Of a DNA stretch of 64,000 nt, positions 9,383-18,227 are shown piece after piece. The position numbers were made by a program, and so were the translations under genes. Below the pieces are notes generated by a model. It saw only the letters and a program-made list of their open reading frames with translations. It did no database searches and was not told the origin of the DNA. Where the stretch lies: positions 3,901 to 67,900 of the forward strand of contig CAYWUV010000025.1 of the NCBI GenBank assembly GCA_964461235.1. Direction: 5' to 3'. Numbering within the stretch: the stretch's first letter is position 1; the number at the start of each line of letters is the position of its first letter. Source of the stretch: an uncultured Bryobacterales bacterium (GTDB lineage Bacteria; Acidobacteriota; Terriglobia; Bryobacterales; UBA6623).

Positions 9383-10947
9383 TCGTCCGGCTCCATGGAT
9401 GGGCCGCCTTGGGTCAGGAAGAAGGGCGCGCGGTTCAGATTGCTGACGCAGGCGCTATCGAGCCCGTCGAGTGAACCCCCGTTGATGAAGTCGGCAATGA
9501 GGGAAGGCAGGCAACCGAAGAACGATGTGCCGTGGCCAACGCCGGGGACAACCACGTGACGTGTGTTGGAGAGGCTTTCCAACACCTTCTCCCCCCAACG
9601 CGGAGGTGTCACTGGATCGAGCGAGCCGGAGAGCACCAATACCGGTTTGTCCGAGCGAACCGGCTGGCGGTAGCCTTCCGGCACCGTACCCGTCGGCCAA
9701 AACGAGCACACATTGGTCCACGTCTCGACGAGCGACTCATCGCGAAACATGACCGGCTGGCCTTCTCGCCACTGCTCCGAATCGAACCACGGCCAATCCT
9801 CCGCGCAGACGACCGAGAAGAACATTCCGAGGCTGGGCCTGGCTTCAACGGGAGTGACCTCGTCTATCAGTGCCAGAGCCATGACGCTCGAGAAATCCCC
9901 TTGATAGGCCATATCGATCACCATGGGAATCAAGGACGCGCCTTCACTTGCGTACAGGGACCTGCCGATGACATCGGCAAAGACACTGCGACGCAACTCG
10001 AACTCGACGATCTCACCTGTCCTCGGGTGCTTTTCGCGGACCGGGATAGGCCGGCGTTCCAAGCGATCCAGCAATTCGCCGAGGTTCCGCCGCAGGTCGG
10101 GAAACCGCTTCCGGCAAGCCTCGTCCATCTCGCAAGCCCCCAAGGTCAGATCAAGAGCTCGCTGAAAGTCGTCGGGGAACGAGCCTGGGAGCGTCATCGC
10201 CATGGGAACAACACCGTCGAGCACGACGCTGCGAACGTGCTCACCGTGGCGCCTCAAGAACACAAGCGCCGCCCGGGTACCGTACGAACCTCCCCATAGG
10301 TTGATGCTGCGGTAGCCGAGCCTGTCCCGTACCTCGTCAAGGTCGTCCATGGCAATCGGCGTAGTGTAGTGCCGCGGGTCCGCGTCATATCGTTCCAGGC
10401 ATTGCCTCAGCCGCTCGACCGCCTGCTCGTCCGAAAAGACGGTCTGCAGATCGTCGCTATCCAGGTCGCACTGCAGGCCGTTGGACTTGCCGGTTCCGCG
10501 TTGATCCACGAAGACAAGGTCCCTGTGCTCCCTGAGGTTGCGGAAGATATTCGCGAATACCGGCCCGATCGTTGTGGCTGCCTGTCCGGGGCCGCCAGCC
10601 AAGAAGAACACTGGGTCTGGCTGCGGTTCCCGGCTTAGGGCCGGGTACACCAGAACATTCAGCTCGATCTTGCGTCCGGTCCCGCTCTGCCGATCCTCGA
10701 ACACAGGAATTCGACCGCACAGAGCCTCCCTGGGCCCTTCGCCGGGCACGCAGTCTTCGAGCACGTCCCGTGGCTCGACAGTGTTGGCGCGCCCTTCGGC
10801 GACGAGGCCAATCGCAACTGCCACGCAGACCACGAGGGCCAGCCGGAGCGATGTGCCCCCGGATCCAGTTCGTAAACCGAGTACGGCTCCGTCTGCGGGA
10901 TCCGGCTCGTTCGCCGTGCCCATCGGGGCTTCGGGGGAAACGCTCAA
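9379..10947 (-). CDS. Alpha/beta hydrolase, S33 TAP-like (tripeptidyl/prolyl aminopeptidase type), membrane-anchored or secreted
   Basis: N-terminal hydrophobic anchor (LALVVCVAVAIGLVA), oxyanion region FFLAGGPGQA, nucleophile elbow GGSYGT, C-terminal TAP-like part with VVPGVGHG. Confidence 0.8.
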   Translation of the reverse strand: MSVSPEAPMGTANEPDPADGAVLGLRTGSGGTSLRLALVVCVAVAIGLVAEGRANTVEPRDVLEDCVPGEGPREALCGRIPVFEDRQSGTGRKIELNVLVYPALSREPQPDPVFFLAGGPGQAATTIGPVFANIFRNLREHRDLVFVDQRGTGKSNGLQCDLDSDDLQTVFSDEQAVERLRQCLERYDADPRHYTTPIAMDDLDEVRDRLGYRSINLWGGSYGTRAALVFLRRHGEHVRSVVLDGVVPMAMTLPGSFPDDFQRALDLTLGACEMDEACRKRFPDLRRNLGELLDRLERRPIPVREKHPRTGEIVEFELRRSVFADVIGRSLYASEGASLIPMVIDMAYQGDFSSVMALALIDEVTPVEARPSLGMFFSVVCAEDWPWFDSEQWREGQPVMFRDESLVETWTNVCSFWPTGTVPEGYRQPVRSDKPVLVLSGSLDPVTPPRWGEKVLESLSNTRHVVVPGVGHGTSFFGCLPSLIADFINGGSLDGLDSACVSNLNRAPFFLTQGGPSMEPDE

Positions 10948-11336
10948 AGTACTCAGTCCGTGCTTTCAGGCCCCGCTGGGAATCAATCGCGAAACGCTTG
11001 CATGGCGCGCGGATGAAATCTCCGTTCGGCCATCAATCCGACTTGGACGCAACTCAGGAACGCTCAGGATAGCAGCAGGAAACTCCACCACTTGTCCCGG
11101 CGGGCGGATCGACGATTGCATGAGTCAAGTGCCCTGGATGATGAGCTCGTCCAAACAAGGATGGACTGCTATGCAAGTTCATCGGTCAATTGGCGAGGGC
11201 CGGCGGGTCACATGTGTCACGGCACTTCCACCGAGGCCGCATTTGTATTGCGGGCCATCAACCTCAGGCCTTACGATAACGAGTACCGGCACACCTCCGG
11301 CTTTGCCCAAGGCTGCGCCTCGTCGGCAATGACGAG

Positions 11337-13784
11337 TTGGGGTCGAACAGGCCCGAAGCAGGGTGCGCGGACGTAATGAGGACAGTAGAGGCTGGCGAAG
11401 CTGGAGTTGAGTCGGCTCCCAGAATCGCCGTCACTTCGACGAATTCGAAGTGGCGTGCCAGTGGGGCTACCTTAGCGATTACTGTCGGGCTCTTCGTCAT
11501 TCAGACGGCCGTCACCCAGCCTGCCAACGCCTCGACCGCAACCCGAGCCGTACTGGAACAGTACTGCCATGCGTGCCACAACGCCCAAGTCGCCAACGGC
11601 GGGCTGGCATTGGACCACCTCGATCCGGATTCTCCCGGTGCGCATTCAGACGCTTGGGAATCCGTGGTGCGGAAGCTAACGCATCGGCATATGCCTCCCC
11701 CGGGGATCCCTCGACCTGACGATGCAACTTACGACGCAGTGGTGCGGGATCTTGAGCATCGCTTGGACACGTTCGCTGCCGCGAACCCGAATCCTGGCCG
11801 AGAGAGCGCCTTCCGGCGCTTGAACAGGTCGGAATACCGAAACGCTGTCCGCGACCTCCTGAATCTCAAGGTGGACGTGGAGTCTCTGTTGCCCCGAGAC
11901 GAGACCGGGCATGGATTCGACAACATCACCGGAGAGTTATCGCCCACGCTCCTTGAGCGGTACCTCGCAGCAGCGCGGAAGATCAGCCGCCTGGCGATCG
12001 GCACTCCACCGAGAGCACCGGGCGGAGAGCTGGTGTTGGTCCCAGTCGATCGAACGCAGGAATCGCAATTCCGGGAACTACCGTTCGGAACGCGAGGAGG
12101 CGTGCTCATCCCGCACAACTTCCCGGCAGGCGGGGAGTACGAGATCCACATCACTCTGAGCCGAGACCGGAACGAGCACGTGGAAGGGCTGTACGTTCCG
12201 CACGAGGTGGAACTGATGATTGACGGACGTCAGGTCCGCAGGTTTGTGGTGGAGCCTGCCGATGGGAGAGACCACACGGATGTGGACAAGCACCTGTTTG
12301 CCCGGATTCCGGTGAGTGCCGGCCGCCATGAGATCGGGGCCACTTTCCTCAAGAAGTCCTCGGCATTGATCGAATCCGAACGGCAACCCTACCTAGCACG
12401 CTTCAACATGGACCGTCATCCTCGGACGCAGCCTGCCGTGTACTCGGTGTCAATCGTCGGGCCCTACGGCGCGGCCAAGAAGAGCGAGACCGAGAGCCGG
12501 CGGCGGATATTCGTGTGCCGACCGTCTTCTGCAGCGGATGAGGAAACCTGTGCGACGAGGATCGTCGAGCGCCTAGCTGGACGTGCGTACCGAAGACCGC
12601 CAACGACCAAAGATGTGAATGATCTGATGGCGTTCTACAGGCAGGGATCGGAGCGCGGAGGCTTCGAAGACGGCATCGAGACTGCCTTGCGCGCCGTACT
12701 GGTGAGCCCTTATTTCCTTTTCCGTGCAGAACACCCTGCGACCCAGGGGACGGATGAGCCGCACCGAGTGTCCCAATACGAGCTAGCGTCCCGGCTGTCG
12801 TTCTTTCTGTGGAGCAGCATCCCGGACGACGAACTGCTGAAGGCGGCCGGTGACGGGCGGTTGCGGGACGAAGCGGAGTTGGAATCGCAAGTTCGAAGGA
12901 TGCTGGCAGACGACCGATCCAAGGCCTTGATCGAGAATTTCGCCGGGCAGTGGCTGTATCTCCGGAACCTTGATTCCTGGACCCCGGACCGGCGCCTCTT
13001 CGCCGACTTCGACGACAACCTACGGCAGTCGTTCCGGCGCGAAACCGAACTTCTGTTCGGGGCGATCGTCCGCGAGGACCGAAGCCTCGTCGAACTGCTC
13101 AGCGCGGACTTTACGTACCTGAACGAGAGGCTCGCCAAGCACTACGGAATTCCCCACATCTACGGCGATCACTTTCGCCGGGTCAAGCTCCCCGCCAACG
13201 GTGTCCGGGGCGGACTGCTCACCCATGGCAGCATTCTGGCAGTGACTTCCTTCGGCAACAGGACGTCGCCGGTACTTCGAGGCAAATGGGTGCTGGAGAA
13301 CATCCTCGGAACGCCCCCGCCACCTCCGCCTCCCGAGGCGACACCGCTGCGAGAACGGTCGGCTTCCGATGCGGCACTCTCCCTGCGCGAGCGCATCTCG
13401 GAGCACCGCGCAGACCCGGCATGTGCCAGCTGCCATGACATCATTGATCCGATCGGATTCGCGCTGGAGAACTTCGACGCCGTCGGACGCTGGCGGACCC
13501 ATGACGAGGACATACCGGTGGAGGCGTCAGGAACATTCCCGGACGGGACCCGGTTCAGCGGACCCACTGAATTTCGCCAGGCGCTTCTACGGCGCCCTGA
13601 ACTTTTCGTGTCAACTGCGACGGAGAAGTTGCTGATCTATGCATTGGGACGAGGGCTCGAGGCCTTCGATGCCCCTGCGGTCCGCAAGATCGTTCGAGAG
13701 GCGGAGCGGGAGGATTACCGTTTCTCGTCCCTGATACTTGGAGTAGTCCGCAGCACGCCATTCCAGATGAGGAGGCCCTCATGA
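11337..13784 (+). CDS. DUF1592/DUF1595/DUF1587/DUF1588/DUF1585 multidomain protein with CxxCH motifs
   Basis: 815 aa. CHACH near the N-terminus and CASCH near the C-terminus. Poly-Pro linker GTPPPPPPPE after SPVLRGKWVLENILG (DUF1588-like). The start could instead be the ATG at 11376. Confidence 0.85.
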   Translation: MGSNRPEAGCADVMRTVEAGEAGVESAPRIAVTSTNSKWRASGATLAITVGLFVIQTAVTQPANASTATRAVLEQYCHACHNAQVANGGLALDHLDPDSPGAHSDAWESVVRKLTHRHMPPPGIPRPDDATYDAVVRDLEHRLDTFAAANPNPGRESAFRRLNRSEYRNAVRDLLNLKVDVESLLPRDETGHGFDNITGELSPTLLERYLAAARKISRLAIGTPPRAPGGELVLVPVDRTQESQFRELPFGTRGGVLIPHNFPAGGEYEIHITLSRDRNEHVEGLYVPHEVELMIDGRQVRRFVVEPADGRDHTDVDKHLFARIPVSAGRHEIGATFLKKSSALIESERQPYLARFNMDRHPRTQPAVYSVSIVGPYGAAKKSETESRRRIFVCRPSSAADEETCATRIVERLAGRAYRRPPTTKDVNDLMAFYRQGSERGGFEDGIETALRAVLVSPYFLFRAEHPATQGTDEPHRVSQYELASRLSFFLWSSIPDDELLKAAGDGRLRDEAELESQVRRMLADDRSKALIENFAGQWLYLRNLDSWTPDRRLFADFDDNLRQSFRRETELLFGAIVREDRSLVELLSADFTYLNERLAKHYGIPHIYGDHFRRVKLPANGVRGGLLTHGSILAVTSFGNRTSPVLRGKWVLENILGTPPPPPPPEATPLRERSASDAALSLRERISEHRADPACASCHDIIDPIGFALENFDAVGRWRTHDEDIPVEASGTFPDGTRFSGPTEFRQALLRRPELFVSTATEKLLIYALGRGLEAFDAPAVRKIVREAEREDYRFSSLILGVVRSTPFQMRRPS

Positions 13785-15118
13785 TCATCACCAAGAAATG
13801 CCTGCCCCGCCGGACCGTCCTTCGGGGGATCGGCACGTCAGTGGCACTGCCTCTGCTCGATGCGATGGTACCCGCGATGACCGCCGAGGCGAAGACGGCT
13901 GCCGCTCCCGTCAGGAGGCTGGGCTTCGTCTACATCCCCATGGGAGCGAACCTCGAGAAATGGACTCCGCCAGGGGACAGCGAGCGTTTGGCGGAACTCT
14001 CTCCGATCCTCGAGTCGCTTGAGCCGTTCAAGGAAGGCATCACGGTCATCACGAACCTGGAGAACAAGAACGCATACTCGGCGGGCAACCACGCGACCGC
14101 CAACTCAGGATTCCTGAGCGCGGCCAAAGCCAAGATGACCGAGGGTGCCGACTACGAACTCGCCACTACGGTCGACCAGATCGCCGCGCAGAGGATTGGC
14201 AGGGAGACTGCCCTGCCCTCACTGGAGCTGTCCATGGATCTCCAGACCAACGTGGGAGATTGCGACAACGGGTTCGCGTGCGTCTATCAGAACAATCTCT
14301 CATGGTCTTCGCCGACCACGCCGCTCCCTCCCATCCCGCATCCCAGGGTGGCGTTCGAGCGCCTGTTCGGTGACGGAGGCTCCCCCGCGGAGCGTCGAGC
14401 CGAACTCCGGATCGACGAAGGGATTCTCGACTGGGTCCAAGAGGACATTGCCCGGATCAAGGGCAAGCTGGGTTCCAGTGACAAACGGACGCTGGATGGG
14501 TATCTGGATGCGGTGCAGGAGGTGGAGCGCAGGATCCAGCGGGCCGAGAGCAGGGCTGAGGAAGTACCACTTCCTGATCTCGACCGCCCCATAGGAGTCC
14601 CGGAGAAGTATGCGGACCACGCTCGAATGATGTTTGACCTACAAGTGCTGGCCATGCAGGGGGACATCACGCGCGTCATGACCTTCCAACTGGCTCGCGA
14701 GACGAGCAACCGCGCGTATCCGGAAATCGGAGTCCCGGACCCCCACCACCCGACGTCGCATCACGCCAACGATCCCTTGAAGCTCGAGAAGCTGGCGAAG
14801 ATCAACTCGTTCCATGTGTCCCTGTTCCGCTACTACCTCGATCGGCTATCCTCGACGGCAGATGGAAACGGAACCCTGCTGGATCACAGCGTCCTGCTGT
14901 GCGGCAGCGGGATGGGCAACCCCGACATTCACGACCACCTGAACTTGCCGATCATCGTCGCCGGCGGAGCGGCGGGCGGACTCACGGGGGGGCGGCATAT
15001 CCGATACAAGGAGCCCGAGCCGCTCGCCAATCTGCACGTCACGCTGCTGGACAAGGTCGGTGTCCACCTGGACAGCTTTGGCGACAGCACAGGCCGCATC
15101 GAGGAACTTGTCCTATAG
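13781..15118 (+). CDS. DUF1552 domain protein (Tat-type signal)
   Basis: 445 aa. N-terminus MIITKKCLPRRTVLRGIGTSVALPLLDAM. ATGA overlap with the DUF1592 gene, the classic DUF1592/DUF1552 pairing. Confidence 0.85.
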   Translation: MIITKKCLPRRTVLRGIGTSVALPLLDAMVPAMTAEAKTAAAPVRRLGFVYIPMGANLEKWTPPGDSERLAELSPILESLEPFKEGITVITNLENKNAYSAGNHATANSGFLSAAKAKMTEGADYELATTVDQIAAQRIGRETALPSLELSMDLQTNVGDCDNGFACVYQNNLSWSSPTTPLPPIPHPRVAFERLFGDGGSPAERRAELRIDEGILDWVQEDIARIKGKLGSSDKRTLDGYLDAVQEVERRIQRAESRAEEVPLPDLDRPIGVPEKYADHARMMFDLQVLAMQGDITRVMTFQLARETSNRAYPEIGVPDPHHPTSHHANDPLKLEKLAKINSFHVSLFRYYLDRLSSTADGNGTLLDHSVLLCGSGMGNPDIHDHLNLPIIVAGGAAGGLTGGRHIRYKEPEPLANLHVTLLDKVGVHLDSFGDSTGRIEELVL

Positions 15119-15120
15119 CC

Positions 15121-16626
15121 ATGCGTTGCATCGTCCTCGCAGTACTGCTGTGTTGCTCGGCGGGTGTCGGTGCCTCGGCACCGCCGTCGGAAGGAACCGA
15201 CACCGAACTGGTCGAGGCGGCTAGGGCGAATAATTCGGACAGACTGCAGACGCTGCTGGAGGATGGTGCCAATGTCAACGGTCGGGCGACGGACGGAACC
15301 ACGGCCTTGCACTGGGCAGCCCACTGGGATGACCTCTCCATGGCAGAGGCCCTGATTCGGGCAGGCGCCGAGGTGGAGACGACCAACCGATTTGATGTAA
15401 CCCCCTTGATGCTGGCCGCTGCCAACGGCAGTTCCGCCATGATCGAGGCGCTGCTGGCGGCCGGGGCGGATCCGAGCGGTTCCCTGCCGGCCGGAGAGAC
15501 GGTGTTGATGACGGCGGCGAGGACCGGCAAGCCGGAAGCGATCCGAGCCCTGCTGGCCCATGGGGCGAGCGCCAACGCGAGAGAATCCTGGCGGGGCCAG
15601 ACCGGGCTAATGTGGGCCGCTGGCGAGGGGCATCTCGAAGCGGTCCGCGCACTTCTTGAAGCGGGTGCGGATGTCCACGCGAAATCCGAGCGGGGGTATT
15701 CCGCGCTCGTCTTCGCCGTGCGTCAAGGGCACCTTGCCGTCACGCGCGCACTTCTGGACGCGGGTGCGGATGTCAATGACTACCTGCCTCGTCGCCGTCG
15801 CGGCCAGTGGGGCAACCAGGAGGAAGCGGCTCCACAGCCCGGCGCGAGCGTTCTGGATATTGCCGTTTCAAACGCCCACTTCGAGGTGGCCGCTCTCTTG
15901 CTGGACCGCGGAGCCGACCCGAATGCCTCAGGTCCAGGCTGGACACCGCTGCACACGGTGAGCTGGGTCCGCAAGCCCGGCGTGGGGAGCAATGATCCTG
16001 CGCCGGTAGGATCCGGAAGTTTGAGCAGCCTCGATATCGTGCGCAAGCTGGTGGCGTCGGGAGCGGATGTGAACGCTCGCATGACCTCTGGAACCAGTCC
16101 GGGCCTCCATAGCCTCAACACGATGGGTGCGACGCCGTTCGTGACGGCGGCCCGAACGGCAGATGCCGAATTGATGCGACTCCTCCACAGCCTCGGAGCC
16201 GACCCGCTGATCCCCACCGAAGCCGGGACGACGCCCTTAATGGTGGCCGCGGGGGTGGGCGTGCGGGCTCCGGACGAGGATGCCGGCACTCCCGAAGAGG
16301 TGGTCGAAGCGGTGAAGGTTGCGCTCGAACTGGGCGGGGACCCCAACGCCATTGACCGGAACGGGAACACGGCCATGCACGGGGCTGCATACAAGCACGT
16401 TCCGGGGGCCGTGCGCTTGTTGGCCGAGGCCGGTGCCGATACTAATGCATGGAACCGCAAGAATGATCTTGGCTGGACGCCGCTCCGGATCGCGACGGGC
16501 GTTCATCGGGGAATGAACTTCCGGTTTTCCCCGGAGACTGCGGCAGCCATCCGCGAGGTGCTGGAGGCTGCGGGGCTGTCGACGGAGGTCGAGCCGGAGC
16601 AGTTCATCAGCGGGGCCACCAAGTAG
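15121..16626 (+). CDS. Secreted ankyrin-repeat protein
   Basis: ATG 3 nt after the DUF1552 stop. Signal peptide MRCIVLAVLLCCSAGVGASA, then about 10 ankyrin units (TALHWAA, TPLMLAA, ALLAAGADP, LLEAGADVHA, LLDAGADVND, TPLHTV, LVASGADVNA ...). Confidence 0.85.
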   Translation: MRCIVLAVLLCCSAGVGASAPPSEGTDTELVEAARANNSDRLQTLLEDGANVNGRATDGTTALHWAAHWDDLSMAEALIRAGAEVETTNRFDVTPLMLAAANGSSAMIEALLAAGADPSGSLPAGETVLMTAARTGKPEAIRALLAHGASANARESWRGQTGLMWAAGEGHLEAVRALLEAGADVHAKSERGYSALVFAVRQGHLAVTRALLDAGADVNDYLPRRRRGQWGNQEEAAPQPGASVLDIAVSNAHFEVAALLLDRGADPNASGPGWTPLHTVSWVRKPGVGSNDPAPVGSGSLSSLDIVRKLVASGADVNARMTSGTSPGLHSLNTMGATPFVTAARTADAELMRLLHSLGADPLIPTEAGTTPLMVAAGVGVRAPDEDAGTPEEVVEAVKVALELGGDPNAIDRNGNTAMHGAAYKHVPGAVRLLAEAGADTNAWNRKNDLGWTPLRIATGVHRGMNFRFSPETAAAIREVLEAAGLSTEVEPEQFISGATK

Positions 16627-16757
16627 TTGATCCGCCTACGGAACCTGTTCCGCGGAGAGGTCCCGTTTTCGGCCAATTGCGAGCATGCCTGTCGGCGAGT
16701 GTATCGGAAGCGATTCCCCCGCAACGGGGATGGACACATTCCACAGAAGATCACCGC

Positions 16758-17009
16758 TTAGTTTTCGTCGATCACCCGGTCGAGATCTTCACGGTTGTCA
16801 ATGTCTGCAAGATGCCCTCCGCTGTCCCACGATGGCAACGGCGGAAGGTCTCCTGCTGGATCGTTGGCTGGCGCATGCTTCTCAAGCACGTAACGGAGCC
16901 CAGCCTCAACCAAGGCGGAGATCGTGGTGCCCCGTCGAGGTGCTTCTTCTCGTAGACGCTCCATTAAGGAGTCGTCGATCTCAAGCGTCGCCTTCACATC
17001 GATGACCAT
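16758..17009 (-). CDS. VapB-like ribbon-helix-helix antitoxin (orphan)
   Basis: 83 aa. TLEIDDSLMERLREEAPRRGTTISALVEAGLRYVL is the RHH antitoxin pattern. Only 131 nt lie downstream before the ankyrin gene, so there is no room for a PIN toxin. Confidence 0.65.
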   Translation of the reverse strand: MVIDVKATLEIDDSLMERLREEAPRRGTTISALVEAGLRYVLEKHAPANDPAGDLPPLPSWDSGGHLADIDNREDLDRVIDEN

Positions 17010-17263
17010 ATCAATCTTGCAGGCATACGGTTGGGAAACGAGTTGCGCGGGGGTGCGCCATGCTCATCACCACTCGCTGGCTGGTGCTGGCGGTTAGCAG
17101 CTACACGTACCAACCCGGCTAAAGCTGCCGCTATGGCCGAGCCAACCCTTTCGGCTGCTGCCGACTGCGTCTCCCAGTCGCCCATGTGGGCAAAGCGCAG
17201 TGTCTTTCCAACGTTGGTGTGGCCCAGTAGGCGCGATACTACTGGAACTGGCACGGCGTTCAT
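16994..17263 (-). pseudogene. C-terminal fragment of a tyrosine recombinase
   Basis: PVPVVSRLLGHTNVGKTLRFAHMGD matches the LGH..TM.YAH box, but the catalytic Tyr position is Phe. Nothing integrase-like lies upstream of 17263. Confidence 0.6.
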
Positions 17264-17303
17264 TTGTGGGCTTGGGTGCCTGCATCAATGCAAAATCCCT
17301 ATT

Positions 17304-17714
17304 GTGAGCCGAGCCTTTGAAACAGCGATGGAGAAGATGTCGGCGCTCCCGCCCGAGGAACAGGACCGAATTGCGCAGAGGCTTATCGGCGAGCTTCAGG
17401 ATGAGGAACGCTGGACTCGAGCGTTTTCGAGTTCTCAAGACACCCTGAGCAGGCTCGCCGATGAGGCCCGTGCTGACATTAGAGCTGGCAGAGCGACGCA
17501 ACTCGATCCCATCCCGACAAATTGTGAAATCGAGTGCAACGATCCGTTTCTGGGTTGCCTACCGCAAACCGCCAACGGATACTCAGGGACTCGCAAGAAA
17601 AGCGTACCGTCTGTTCGCAAGCAATCCCCGGCACCTAAGCCTCCGGTTCAAGAGGGTGCACGGCCGCGAGCCGATCTACTCAGTTCACGTCGCCTCCGGA
17701 TACCGTGGGGTTAG
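17304..17714 (+). CDS. Antitoxin of a ParE-like TA pair, 3' end frameshifted
   Basis: GTG 17304 (or ATG 17328): SRAFETAMEKMSALPPEEQDRIAQRLIGELQDEERWTRAFSSSQDTLSRLADEARADIRAGRATQLDP. The expected ending PDKL-TGA (17525-17527, overlapping the toxin GTG) is in another frame. The present frame runs on to 17714. Confidence 0.6.
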   Translation: MSRAFETAMEKMSALPPEEQDRIAQRLIGELQDEERWTRAFSSSQDTLSRLADEARADIRAGRATQLDPIPTNCEIECNDPFLGCLPQTANGYSGTRKKSVPSVRKQSPAPKPPVQEGARPRADLLSSRRLRIPWG

Positions 17715-17793
17715 TCTCCTCGAGGGTGATGACATTACATGGTTTCGGATCGGATCACACGCCTACTACGACCGACTCCTCGCAAGACTCTGA
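17524..17793 (+). CDS. ParE/RelE-superfamily toxin (ParE-like toxin family)
   Basis: GTG start. KSSATIRFWVAYRKPP..AYRLFASNPRHLSLRFKRVHGREPIYSVHVASGYRGVSLLEGDDITWFRIGSHAYYDRLL matches the WfWIGsHaeYd family signature. Confidence 0.7.
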   Translation: MKSSATIRFWVAYRKPPTDTQGLARKAYRLFASNPRHLSLRFKRVHGREPIYSVHVASGYRGVSLLEGDDITWFRIGSHAYYDRLLARL

Positions 17794-18126
17794 CGAAGCT
17801 CCAATGCAGCCCAACGGGCCGCTAATCTGATTCGGGCCGCTTTATGGGAACTACCTGCTGACGTTTGGCCGACGCAACTCTCGCGCCAGCCCCGAAATCG
17901 GCTTCACGGGTTCTGTCGTTCGGGTTGCTTCTGTCGGCTCCGCCCGTCATCGACTCGGAGGCGAGGACTCTGTTGAGAGGGCGCCGCGTCCCCGGTAGTC
18001 GCGCCCATCCAAGCGGGCTACTCACCCTCGTCAACGTCATGCTCGGCGAAAACCGACTCTGGCAGCCGGAGCCTCTCCGTCGAGGCGCTCGCGAGAACCG
18101 CCCGTGCCCTTGGAAGCCTCCCCGAG

Positions 18127-18227
18127 GGCACTGTCAAGGTGGCGTCCGTGGGGAGACATCGGATAGGTGAAATCGTTGTATCGAGGCCACCGTTTTCCAC
18201 CCGAGATCATCGGTCACACCGTGTGGC
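18127..18227 (+). mobile_element. IS6/IS26-family left end remnant (terminal repeat + first ~20 codons of the transposase)
   Basis: GGCACTGT at 18127 equals the first 8 nt of the IS26 terminal repeat GGCACTGTTGCAAA. 40 nt later, GTG-KSLYRGHRFPPEIIGHTVW is the conserved IS6 transposase N-terminus. Homology stops at about 18227. Confidence 0.55.

Noticed and set aside
14899-15120. N-terminal 74-codon extension of the ankyrin ORF overlapping the DUF1552 gene.
   Set aside because: The extension is Arg-rich out-of-frame readout of the DUF1552 3' end. The ATG at 15121 gives a proper signal peptide 3 nt after the upstream stop.
17031-17303. Upstream 91 codons of the 227-aa ORF containing the antitoxin.
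   Set aside because: This part is antisense to the integrase fragment and has no antitoxin homology. The family-typical N-terminus begins at GTG 17304 / ATG 17328.
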